From the NCBI GenBank assembly GCA_002269645.1, contig NIVC01001727.1, forward strand, positions 1 through 64,000: a stretch of DNA of 64,000 nt. Reading direction: 5' to 3'. Numbering within the stretch: position 1 is the stretch's first letter; each line of letters begins with the position of its first letter. The stretch is from Macrostomum lignano (Eukaryota). Both the position numbers and the translations under genes were made by a program. This document shows positions 38,601 to 48,806 of this stretch, piece after piece. The notes under the pieces are model-generated. The model did not search any database, was not told the origin of the DNA, and saw only the letters and a program-made list of their open reading frames with translations.

Positions 38601-41600
38601 CACTGATGTAGCTTGAAATCCCAAATATCCCATTGATGTAGCTTGAAATCCCAAATCCCATAGATGTAGTCTGACATCTCAAAAATCCCATTGATGTAGC
38701 TTTAAATCCCAAATATCCCTAGAGTTTTATTAAACTCGTTCATCTTTGATTTAAAGCTGGTTAAAACTATGCGATCCCAACTGCTCTCCCTCGCCAAAGG
38801 ACGCGGCCCTGTCCGAGTCGGACTCAGAACACGAGTGCCGCGGTCGGAACTATCTCCGTCAGCGCAAACGCCAGCAACAGCTGCTGGCCGAGGCGGCCGC
38901 CGGCCCGCCTTGTCCCTGCGTCCGCTGCGGCAAAGAAGACCTGCCGGAGTGGCTGCTGTTGTGCGATAGTTGCGATGTAGCTTGGCACGCCATGTGCTTG
39001 AGGCCTCCGCTGTTTCTCATACCTACTGGCGATTGGTTCTGCCCCGTTTGTCAGCATAAGAGCCTCTGCGACGCTTTAGAAAGCAAAGTGACGGAGTTGG
39101 AGCAGCAGCAGAAGCAGCGCGTTGCTAAACAGAGGATGCAGGTAAATTTCTGCTTTCTGTAGTTTTCTTTCGATACATATCGGCAGAAAATTGGTTTAGT
39201 TGCTCCCATCTCATCTCGGTTTGATTTTATTTGTTTTTCGATGCATATCGGCAGTAAATTTGTTTAGTTGCTCCCATCTCGGTTTGATTTTATTTGTTTT
39301 TCGATGCATATCGGCAGTAAATTTGTTTAGTTGCTCCCATCTCGGTTTGATTTTATTTGTTTTTCGATGCATATCGGCAGTAAATTTGTTTAGTTGCTCC
39401 CATCTCGGTTTGATTCTATTTGGTTTTTTCGATACATATCGGCAGTAAATTGGTTTAGCCGCTCCCATCTCGGTTTGATTCTTTTTGCTTTTTGTTAGCA
39501 AGAAATCAGATTTAATTTGGCTCTGGTGCATCGGGTAGATTTTTTATTCGTATTTCGATACATATCGGCATTGTCAAAAATATCTGCTAACTCAACAGGA
39601 GCGTCTCAGCTACGTCAGCATCTCAGTTGGCAACATCATTGAGAGCTCGCGGGCCGGGCGCGCAGGCGGCGGCTTCGCTCACTACACCGAGGGCGGCTCC
39701 GATATTGAGGGCGCGTCCGACTCCCGGTCCGGTTCCGGTAGTTTCGGCTCTTCCGGTAGCGGAAGTGGCTCGGGTTCCGGTAGTAGCGAAGAGGAATCTT
39801 CGGACGAAGAGGCGTAAGTTACTCAGTGCTTTTTTTAGAGTTTGAGGATAATTGGGATTTTGAATCCAAATTATTATAATTTTGGGACTTGAACTTTCTC
39901 CATTGCATACCGGTATTGTGAGCGTTCAAAGCTTTCTCGATGGAATATTTACGATTTCGGACTTCGATACGACATATGGGATTTCCATCTACGTCAATGG
40001 GATATTTTGGATTTCTATCTACGTCAATGGGATGTTTGGGATTTCTATCAACGTCAATGGGATATTTGAGATGTCAGGCTACATAAATGGGATATTTGGG
40101 ATATCAGGCTGCATCAATGGGATTTGGGATTTCAAGCTACCTCAATGGGATTTGGGATTTCAAGCTACATCAATGGGATATTTGGGATTTCAAGCTACAT
40201 CAGTTGGATATTTGGGATGTCAGACTACATCAATGGGATATTTGGGATGTCAGACTACATCTATGGGATTTGGGATTTCAACCTACATCAATGTGATATT
40301 TGGGATGTCAGACTACATCTATGGGATTTGGGATTTCAAGCTACATCAATGGGATATTTGGGATGTCAGACTACATCAATGGGATTTGGGATTTCAAGCT
40401 ACATCAATGGGATATTTGGGATGTCGGACTACATCTATGGGATTTGGGATTTCAAGCTACATCAATGGGATATTTGGGATTTCAAGCTACATCAATGGGA
40501 TATTTGGGATGTCAGACTAAATCTATGGGATTTGGGATTTCAAGCTACATCAGTGGGATATTTGGGATGTCAGGCTACATCAGTGGGATATTTGGGATTT
40601 CTATCTACATAAATGGGATTTCAAGCTACATCAGCAAAAAATCCCACAATTGCAGCCACCGGCGTCCAACCCGCCAGTCGGCCCGCACAGCCAACGTGAA
40701 CTACCGTTTCGAAAACTACGACGCCATGATTAAAGAGGCCATCGAAGAGGACGACAAGTACCGCCTAGTCAAGGAGAACCCGGAGGCGGCAGCCGAAGCG
40801 GCAGCCGAGGCCCGGCGAGCCCGCAAGCGGCCTGGAGGCGGCAAAGACATGGAGAGCATCCTGGGCCCCGACTGGGACAAGAAGAAGCCGCCGTCGGCTG
40901 TTGAGGAGCCGCAGCCCAGCGCCAAGCCGGCAGCCGCGGATGCCCAGGAAGTCGCCACCGAAGACAGCCAAGAAGACGCAGCGGAAGCTGCTACAGCGGC
41001 GTCAAACGAAGAAGGCGACAATGACGGCGAGGAAAGCGACGTCGAAGGCGAGGGCGGCCGACCTGCACCGCCGGCTGCCACGGCGGCGGCCAAGCGGAAG
41101 CGGAAGCGCCTGGCCAAGCTGGGCGACACGGACAGCGAGGCCAACTCGGACGCTGACGAGCACCCGTCCGATGACGATTTCAAGCCGCCAAGCTCGGCCG
41201 ACACCGACGAAGATGACGACGATGAAGCTGGACGAGGCCGAGGCAACTCGTCCGATGACTCGTACAGCGGCGCCGAGTCCGAGGAGTTGAGCAGCGACGC
41301 GAGCTGGAGGCCGTCTGGCTTGGCCATCAGTTCGCGTCGGCAGTCGTCCAGGCTGAGAGCGGCGGCGGCGGCATCGTCAAGGTGAGAATTCCGCTATTTT
41401 AGATGATTTTTTTCATGGCCGATATGTTGCGAAAAAACTTTAAATTTGCATATAATAAGTGGCTTTATGGCGAACTTGAAACAGCCGATATGTAGCGTAT
41501 AACTATTTAAATTGGTATAATATGTGGCTTTATAGCGAACTTATAATGGCCGGTATGTAGCGTATAACTATTTAGATTATCATAATGTGCAATTTAAATT

Positions 41601-43473
41601 AAAATTTAAAGTTAAAAGGGCCTGTAATTTGACTGCCATTCATATTAGTTGGAATTGCACGGCTTTAAGGTTAAAGTTCAATTAACCGATATGTAGCGTA
41701 AAATACTTTCCAGGGCAGAATTCGTTATAGTTATATTATAACTACTATTTCCTATTCGCCAGGCACAAGCGGTCGTCGCACGGCAGCAAAAGCAGAAAAG
41801 ACAAGAAGCACAAAAGGAGCAGCCGGCATCGGAGTGGCAGCGCAGGAGGCGGCGGCCGTCACAGTCGTAAGCGTCGGCGTAGACGCGAAGACGACGATGC
41901 GGAGGACGATGAGGACGGAGACGACTGGCGACCCGGCGGAGGCGGCGAAGGTCGACGTCGCTCCCGGCACCCGCCGCCGGCTAAGCGAGGCCGACGGCGA
42001 GGACGCGGCCGCAACGAATACGACTCAGATGACGACATTGAGGAGTCTGAGGAGGATCAGTCCGAGGATGAGGCGCGGCGCCCGACTCGGCGAGCTGCAG
42101 CCCGGCGGGTCGTGTTCCAGGAGGACGAGGAAGACGAGGAAGAAGAAGAAGAAGAAAATGAAGCAGAGGCGGCACAGAAGCCGGGAAAAGCTAAAGAAGA
42201 AAATGAGGAAAAAGCTGAAGCAGAAGACGAGGCAGACGAAGACGCTCATGGCCGGCCAAAGTTGCAGATTGCTGGCAGGCAAAAGCAGCTGCACAAGCGT
42301 CGAGCCGCTTGTCTTGAAGACAGCGACGAAGAGTGGAAAGGGTCAGATGAAGAGGAAGAAGAAGAGGAAGAGGAAGAAGAAGAGGAGGAAGCAGAGGAAG
42401 AGGAGGAAGAAGAACCGGCTCCAGCAAAGGCAACGGTTGCTAAGCAGCAAAAGCTAGCCACGATTGATGATCGAAATAAAGAAAAAGAAGAAGAAAATGA
42501 GAAACAACAAACAGCAGCAGAAGAGAAGGCCGATGCCGAGACGGCAGCAGAGTCTAAACAGACTGAAATAGTTGATGAAGCTAAGAATAAAGCCATTGAA
42601 GAAGAAGTAGCTGAGACAGCGGTTGCTGCTGCTCCAGCGGAAACTGAAGACAATGCGGAAGACGAGGAGCTGCCGGATAAGGAGGCCGAGCTGCGCGAAG
42701 CCGAGCTGCGGATGGCGCAGGAGGCGGCCAGCTCGATGCCGCAGCAGCCGCCTGCTGTCCAGCGGCTGGAAGCGCCAGCAGCAGAAGCAGCCGAGCCTGT
42801 CCCCACTGCGGCAGCAAAGCCAGCAGCAGCAGCAACAACAAGCAGGACTCAGCAGCAAAGGAAGCAGAAACAGCAGAAACAGTTGCAGAAGCAGCAACAG
42901 CAGCAGCAGCAGCAATCTATTCAACAGCCTTCAATACCTTCGCAGCCAATTCAACCGCCAGTGTCTACAGTTGGTCACGTGATGCCGCCTCAGCCGCCGC
43001 CGCATCCGCAGTACATGCCGCAGCAGCAGCAGCCAGTCATGCCGCAACACCAGCCGCACATCGTGTCCACAACAGCTGCCTGCCCGCCGCCGCCGCAGCT
43101 GCCAATACCTGCCGATATTAGAGAGCTCTACCTGCCGTCCTGCACTTACGGCGGGCCCAGCTACCAGCCTCAGCATCCGCAGCCATATCCGGTGTACACG
43201 GCTTATCAGCCGCAGCCGCAGCTTCCTCCCATGCAGGCCGGTAGCATGCTTGCCGAGCTGAACGATTTGGCACCTCCGCCGCCGCCGCCGCCAGCGCCGC
43301 AGATGCTGCCTCCCATGCCTGCTGTAGTCAGCAGCAGCAGTGGTGCCAACAGTGCCGGAGGAGCAGCCGGCGGGACGCCGTTCTATATTGACTCTCTGTT
43401 GCATCAGCAGCAGCCGGCGCCAACTTATCCGCCTGCCACCGGGGCTTATGGACAGCAGCATCAGCCGTTTTAA
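35622..43473 (+). CDS. RSF1: Remodeling and spacing factor 1 (DDT/WHIM region + PHD finger), 1591 aa
   Basis: Exons 35622-37086, 37395-37711, 38800-39141, 39599-39813, 40656-41381, 41763-43473 join in frame (4776 nt). CPDFAAACSFL, LLECQFD, PIGQDMAGCQYW, PHD CDSCD...H...CLRPPL...GDWFCPVCQH, ERLSYVSIS and YRFENYDAMIKEAIE resemble recalled human RSF1. Confidence 0.92.
37890..38484. repeat. 26 bp minisatellite CTCAAATCCTCAGATTGGGATTCCTG, about 23 near-identical copies
   Basis: Read directly; RSF1 intron 37712-38799. Confidence 0.95.
38488..38718 (-). repeat. Inverted copy of about 40440-40668 (RSF1 downstream intron end, acceptor and 13 exonic nt)
   Basis: TGGACGCCGGTGGCTGCAATTGTGGGATTTTTTGCTGATGTAGC... 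is the reverse complement of ...GCTACATCAGCAAAAAATCCCACAATTGCAG|CCACCGGCGTCCA. Confidence 0.93.
38800..39141 (+). CDS. RSF1: RSF1 PHD-finger exon
   Basis: ccaaag|GAC ... ATG CAG|GTAAAT, 342 nt; C4HC3 PHD motif. Confidence 0.92.
39165..39480. repeat. 63 bp repeat x5
   Basis: TCGATGCATATCGGCAGTAAATTTG recurs at 63 bp spacing in RSF1 intron 39142-39598. Confidence 0.9.
39970..40635. repeat. 25/30 bp minisatellite TGGGATATTTGGGATTTCAAGCTACATCAA, about 23 copies
   Basis: Read directly; ends about 20 nt before the RSF1 acceptor at 40655. Confidence 0.95.
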
Positions 43474-43595
43474 AGTAACAAGACGGATGGCACACTGTTT
43501 TCTGTTTGACATTGTTGTTTAGTTTGTAAGTTTATTGATACTATATATATGCGTTTATGTTAATGTGTATAATTGTAATTAAGTCTCGGCTGTGT

Positions 43596-43915
43596 TAGTT
43601 AAGAACCAACTGTGTCAGTTGAGAATCAGCTGTGTCAGTAAGAACCAACTGTGTCAGTTGGGAATCAGCTTTGTCAGTTTAGAATCAGCTGTGTCAGTTG
43701 AGAATCAGCTGTGTCAGTTAAAAATCGAATGTGTCAGTTGAGAATCAGCTGTGTCAGTAAGAACCAACTGTGTCAGTTGGGAATCAGCTGTGTCAGTTTA
43801 GAATCAGCTGTGTCAGTTGAGAATCAGCTCTGTCAGTTAAGAATCAGCTGTGTCAGTTAAAAATCGAATGTGTCAGTTAAGAATCATTGTGTCAGTTGAG
43901 AATCAGCTGTGTCAG
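43596..43915. repeat. 20 bp minisatellite GAATCAGCTGTGTCAGTTGA, about 15 copies
   Basis: Read directly; just downstream of the RSF1 stop. Confidence 0.9.
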
Positions 43916-45272
43916 CGTAATCAATTTTAGTCAGAACTACCGGTCATGTGACTTAAGCCCCGCCTATTCTATACGAGTCCACAGCAATGCAATCTGACTG
44001 TCAATACTGTTTATATTTCGTATTTGTTTATCGAATTTTGCATTACCCTGTCTGTTACGCCCCTGTGCAATGTTTATAAATTGATCCTTAATTTAAATTT
44101 GCGCACACCGCTTTACATAATGCTATCATACTACTGATGCTGTCCATTCTGAGTAGTCTGTCATATTTTTGTGTATGTACGCTTTACTAATTAAACCGTT
44201 ATAATTATCAAGCCATTGCCCCATTGCGCATGCATGTCTCTCTAATGCAGGCATTTCCTATTCCATAAATGCGCGATTTCATTGTTGCTTTTTTTCAGAA
44301 TTTATCTATTCTGAAAACTTTTCTTTAAGAAAAACTTCGGGCACACCTGCAGTATACTACTAGTAGATAGTTATGCGCGTTTAAATTAATACATACAGAG
44401 CCATCCTGCTTTTAACGCGTTTTTTGTTTCTTTTTTTACTTTTGTACAAACAGATTGTGTAACCAACCTACTCATTAACAAGGCCTGCTGTTGTATTTTA
44501 GGTTACCTGTGTAGCATGTCTCTGTTGTAGTTCACTTTATTGTCTAAAAGTATATTTATTTCTTAGTTATATCATTTCCAACCCGAAGTTAATCGTCTGT
44601 TAAATCATCTGTTAAAATTGTCCCGAGTGTTCAGTTCTGCATTCTCTCTGTAAGTAGTATCTGTTGCTTATGCACGCTCCTCTTAACTGTTAATTCTATC
44701 ACATTTGCAATTAATGTAAAATCTATCTTAACTCTAATCTAAAAAATATATATGATAAAATTAAATCTGTGCAAATTTTGTTTTTAAAAGCCTCGCACAA
44801 ATGCGCTTACAATTATAACAAACTTATAAATTGAAGAACAATGTCAGTGTAAAGTGCTTTTTTACTTTAAGTAGCATGACTCGCGCATACTCTCTTTATT
44901 TGCAAAGTTTTTATAATATCGATTAAATATCCTTAAAAATTTGTGATTTTGTGATTGAGCATGGTTCAATCCATGCTCAATAGATCTATTTAAGGCATAT
45001 TTGCTTACTTACATGTTAGTTGGTCGGGACAAAGTCACATAAGTGACATACCATGCATTGTGCCGTGCCGTGCGGAGCCTGCCCACTGCCACTAGACTGA
45101 ACTCAGTGTTACATATATTTCTTCGATACATATCGCCATTGGCTACAAAAAAACATTTTATTACGAGTATTCTTCGGGGCAGTTGTTTAACGTTTGGTGC
45201 TAAAAAATAATTTCGACTAATAACTAATGAGTTCGTTCTTATTTTGCATTGATAAGAGCAAAAAGCATTATT

Positions 45273-45344
45273 TTCCCTGACCGGGAGTCGAACCCGGGCC
45301 ACCTGGGTGAAAACCAGGGATCCTAACCGCTAGACCATCAGGGA
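45273..45344 (-). tRNA. tRNA-Glu (anticodon TTC)
   Basis: TCCCTGATGGTCTAGCGGTTAGGATCCCTGGTTTTCACCCAGGTGGCCCGGGTTCGACTCCCGGTCAGGGAA, 72 nt cloverleaf, T5 terminator downstream. Confidence 0.96.
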
Positions 45345-45932
45345 CTTAGTGTGGGAGTTGGTTGAGTAGTATTTTAAACTTACACAAGCCTTATTTTACG
45401 TAAAAATGATTTTACTTACAAGTTACAACTCACAACACGTTGATTGATTCGAAATTGCTATAGCAGTACCATTACTTTTATTAGTGTACAGTCGCTTAAT
45501 CTGCAAAATTATCTATTTTATCGACTTTCTATCTATTAGTATCGATCGTAGTAGTATCGTTATAGTATCAAAGTCAAAGATAATTGTTTATAAAATTATT
45601 CCAGTGGCTGTCTGGCTTGATTGGTTATTTTGTCAATAGATTGTATTAGTATGTGTAGCTCGTATACTACTAAATCAGTTAAATTTTTAAACGAGGTTTA
45701 TGATTCTACTTATTCTTGCTTTCAATTTTCATTGTTTTGTAAGTAGCCAGTAACGCGTATGCCAGCCGTTCGCTTAATAAGTATAAAAAACTGATGGTCC
45801 ATTTTTGCTTAGATTAATAAGTGACATGCGCATAATGAAGCTTTTGTGTTTTAGGTTCAGTTGTGTGCTACTGGTTATGGGGATCAAGATTAAAATGAAT
45901 AACTGATTAATAAGGCTGCTGTAAAAACTATA

Positions 45933-46004
45933 TTCCCTGACCGGGAGTCGAACCCGGGCCGCCTGGGTGAGAGCCAGGAATCCTAACCGCTAGACCATCA
46001 GGGA
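45933..46004 (-). tRNA. tRNA-Glu (anticodon CTC)
   Basis: TCCCTGATGGTCTAGCGGTTAGGATTCCTGGCTCTCACCCAGGCGGCCCGGGTTCGACTCCCGGTCAGGGAA, T5 terminator downstream. Confidence 0.96.
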
Positions 46005-46963
46005 CTGATACTAAGGCGACGCGATTGTATCCATAAAATACTTGTAAGCATATAACACCTTTTAGTAATGCCCCAGGCGGCCAGGGCCCAGTCCTAGTCA
46101 GAACTGTACAAATACATGTAGCTAAGGAAAAAACTGCATCGAGTAGACCGAAAATACGAATGCTAGTGTTGTGGTTGCTAATTTCTATTGCTAGTGTTTA
46201 TATAATATCACACTATCGATCGACTTCGATCGATTGACGATCGGCTGTCCTCTCCATTTGACCTCCAGCGACCCCCAATCCCATTGATCGTCCTCGATTC
46301 ACGTCGATTGACTTCAATCGACCCTATTTATTCTGCAAATTGATTCGACCCCCATAAAACAACATTGACCCCTGTCCAAACAAAACTAGAAGTGCTCCGA
46401 AAGAGTGCAATTATGATTATTGATTGGCTGAGCAACGGCCTAACGACGGCCATCGGATTTTTCCTTAGCAAACGTACGCAAAGCATGCATGGGTAATAAA
46501 TGGTATTATTTACTTATTGTACCATAGACATTTTGCCTAAGCTACGCTTTAAGAGTGAGGGATAGGGGCTTGGGAGCCCCACTTTGGGGCTCGATCCCCA
46601 CCATAGACTATTTTAGCAGCAGTCGCAAAAATTTGTTTTCATGAGCTAACTGCTAAATAAAGCATGATGCAGCTTTCCCGGTGCCCGGCCACGATTTCAA
46701 ACATTTTGCCGTATCGATAAAAAGAGCATTGCTCACAAGAAAATTCTCAGTCTCTGAGCACGAGCGCAGTTGCTCTAACTTGATAATATTCTCCGAGTGC
46801 GAGCAAAATGCTCAAGAGGCAGAGGATATGAATAAAGAAAATCATCAAGCTCTGAGAATTTCCTCCGTGACCAGAGCAAATCCGCAGCCACTTTAAACCA
46901 TAGACAAGACGTCTTCCCACTTGATTCTATTGACCTTTGCGTGGATCTGAAGCATATATACCA

Positions 46964-47280
46964 CATGGAGGAAAGAATAGAATGGAGTGCTAATCTGAGC
47001 AAGTTATTTTTGTCTCGCTACGAGAGATCTTCACTTTTAACATCCCTCCCCCCTCGTTCTTTCCTATTGGCTCGTGACTGCCATAGACAAAGTATTTTTC
47101 GTCTCGTTTTCGTTTTCGTTCCCCTCTGAAAGGTCTGTCCCAGCATAGTACGAGCTCGCATCAGAATATGCTTTCAGCCAATAGGAAGGAACGGGGGGAA
47201 AGGGATTTTAAAAGCGAAAATCGAGCGAGATGAGAATAACTGGCTCAGATTAGCAACTCCATTCTATTCTTTCCTCCATG
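46964..47280. mobile_element. hAT-type MITE
   Basis: About 115 bp imperfect TIRs starting CATGGAGGAAAGAATAGAATGGAG; exact 8-bp TSD ATATACCA at 46956-46963 and 47281-47288. Confidence 0.82.
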
Positions 47281-48593
47281 ATATACCAATAGACTGTAGG
47301 CATTCATTTTGGCGCCTCAGCCACTCCACTTTGGCGCTGCAGGCGCTATTTTTTAGCGCCCTAAAGCACAATTATTGATTTCCATAACGGGTCACAAGGT
47401 GGGGTGGGAGGGAGACAAAGCATCGGCATGTCCCCCTCCCTATCCTCCCGGAGGCGACGCCCCTGAACCCTTGCCTTGCCTTTTGCCTTGGACACCTGGT
47501 TTTTGCCGGGCTACATTGGAGCTCGATCGACTTCGAATAACCTCCATTCGCCCTCTATATCGACCTCAATCCATGAAAAAGCCCATGCCTTAACTGCCTA
47601 GCATGTAGCTGTAATACTGTAATTCCGACCTGGCCTTGCTTGCCTCTACGGCGGAGGCTGAGGCAGCCTGGTAGCAGCTGCGGCATCGGTCGGGCTAGCA
47701 GTGAACATATCAAGAAGACAAAGGTGATGACCTGTTCCTGAGGAGCTGCCTATCAACATCACCTGCCGGGACGCTGACGGTCGTGCAGCAACTCTACCTC
47801 GCTGCACACGCTTCACGCTCGACGGTCTTGTGCCCAGCCTTCGGCCCAGCGGTCTTGTGCTAGGAAAGCTGATCTGGCACCGCCCTTTGTGAACGACGGT
47901 GTGCCTGAGTTGTAGCTTTTGTTGCTGTAATTCCGAATTGTGTTATTAATTGAGGACAGGCCCAATGTTTTTGTGCAATTGTTTATAAGATACTGGCGAA
48001 GATCCTGTTGTGAATGATATTTTAATTATTTGTTTTACTGCTTGTGACAGGCACAAACGCCAAGCTACAGTTAAATATTTTAATTATTTGTTTTACTGCT
48101 TTTAACAGGGCCAAGCTGAAAGCTACGCAAAGAGAAGTTTACGGTTAAAATTTATTATTAACTAACTACATGTATAGGTATTGAATAACTAACTTTTTCG
48201 AATGGCTAACTACATGTAAATGCAGCTAGGACGCCATTGTGCACTTTATTTCACAGTTAAATTACACCATAAGCATTGTCAAACGGAACGCTGATAAAAG
48301 AATATTGGAAGATTAATAAATTAATAAATCAAAGATATCCGATCCATCGTTTAATTGAAAATTAATTCAGATAACCATTCTACAAAGAATCGCTGGTTGA
48401 TATTGAATAGAGTAAAACAATTATTTTCGAATCGGGACTTGAATCTACTATTTTATCAAAGTTTTACCAGATCTAGGCGAAATCAAAGGTTACGAGAGCT
48501 GGTCAAGTATTGCAATAGTACGTGACTGTATCATTCTAATGAAAATCCGAACAATTGTTATACCGCTATCAGCTATAAACAAAATCCGGACAC

Positions 48594-48806
48594 TCAGGCG
48601 GGACTGTCCTGAGCTGGCATGATCACCGCCGCCTGCTTCTGCTCCAGCGCAGCACCGAACGGTACGCCTCGTTTCGGCACGTACTCGCCTACGCGGGGCA
48701 CCATGGTGATGCAGTCGATGATTGGGCAGACAGAGGCGCACAGGGTGCAGCCGGTGCAGTCGTCTGTCACTCGTGGCAGATGCGTCTCGGCGTCAAACTC
48801 GATGGC
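48594..48806 (-). CDS. DPYD: DPYD last exon (4Fe-4S motif)
   Basis: gccag|GCC ATC GAG ... TGA. Confidence 0.93.
   Translation of the reverse strand, partial: AIEFDAETHLPRVTDDCTGCTLCASVCPIIDCITMVPRVGEYVPKRGVPFGAALEQKQAAVIMPAQDSPA

Noticed and set aside
44954-44981. Perfect 11-bp stem ATTGAGCATGG / CCATGCTCAAT
   Set aside because: Real but isolated; no link to a gene end or repeat family can be shown from the sequence alone.
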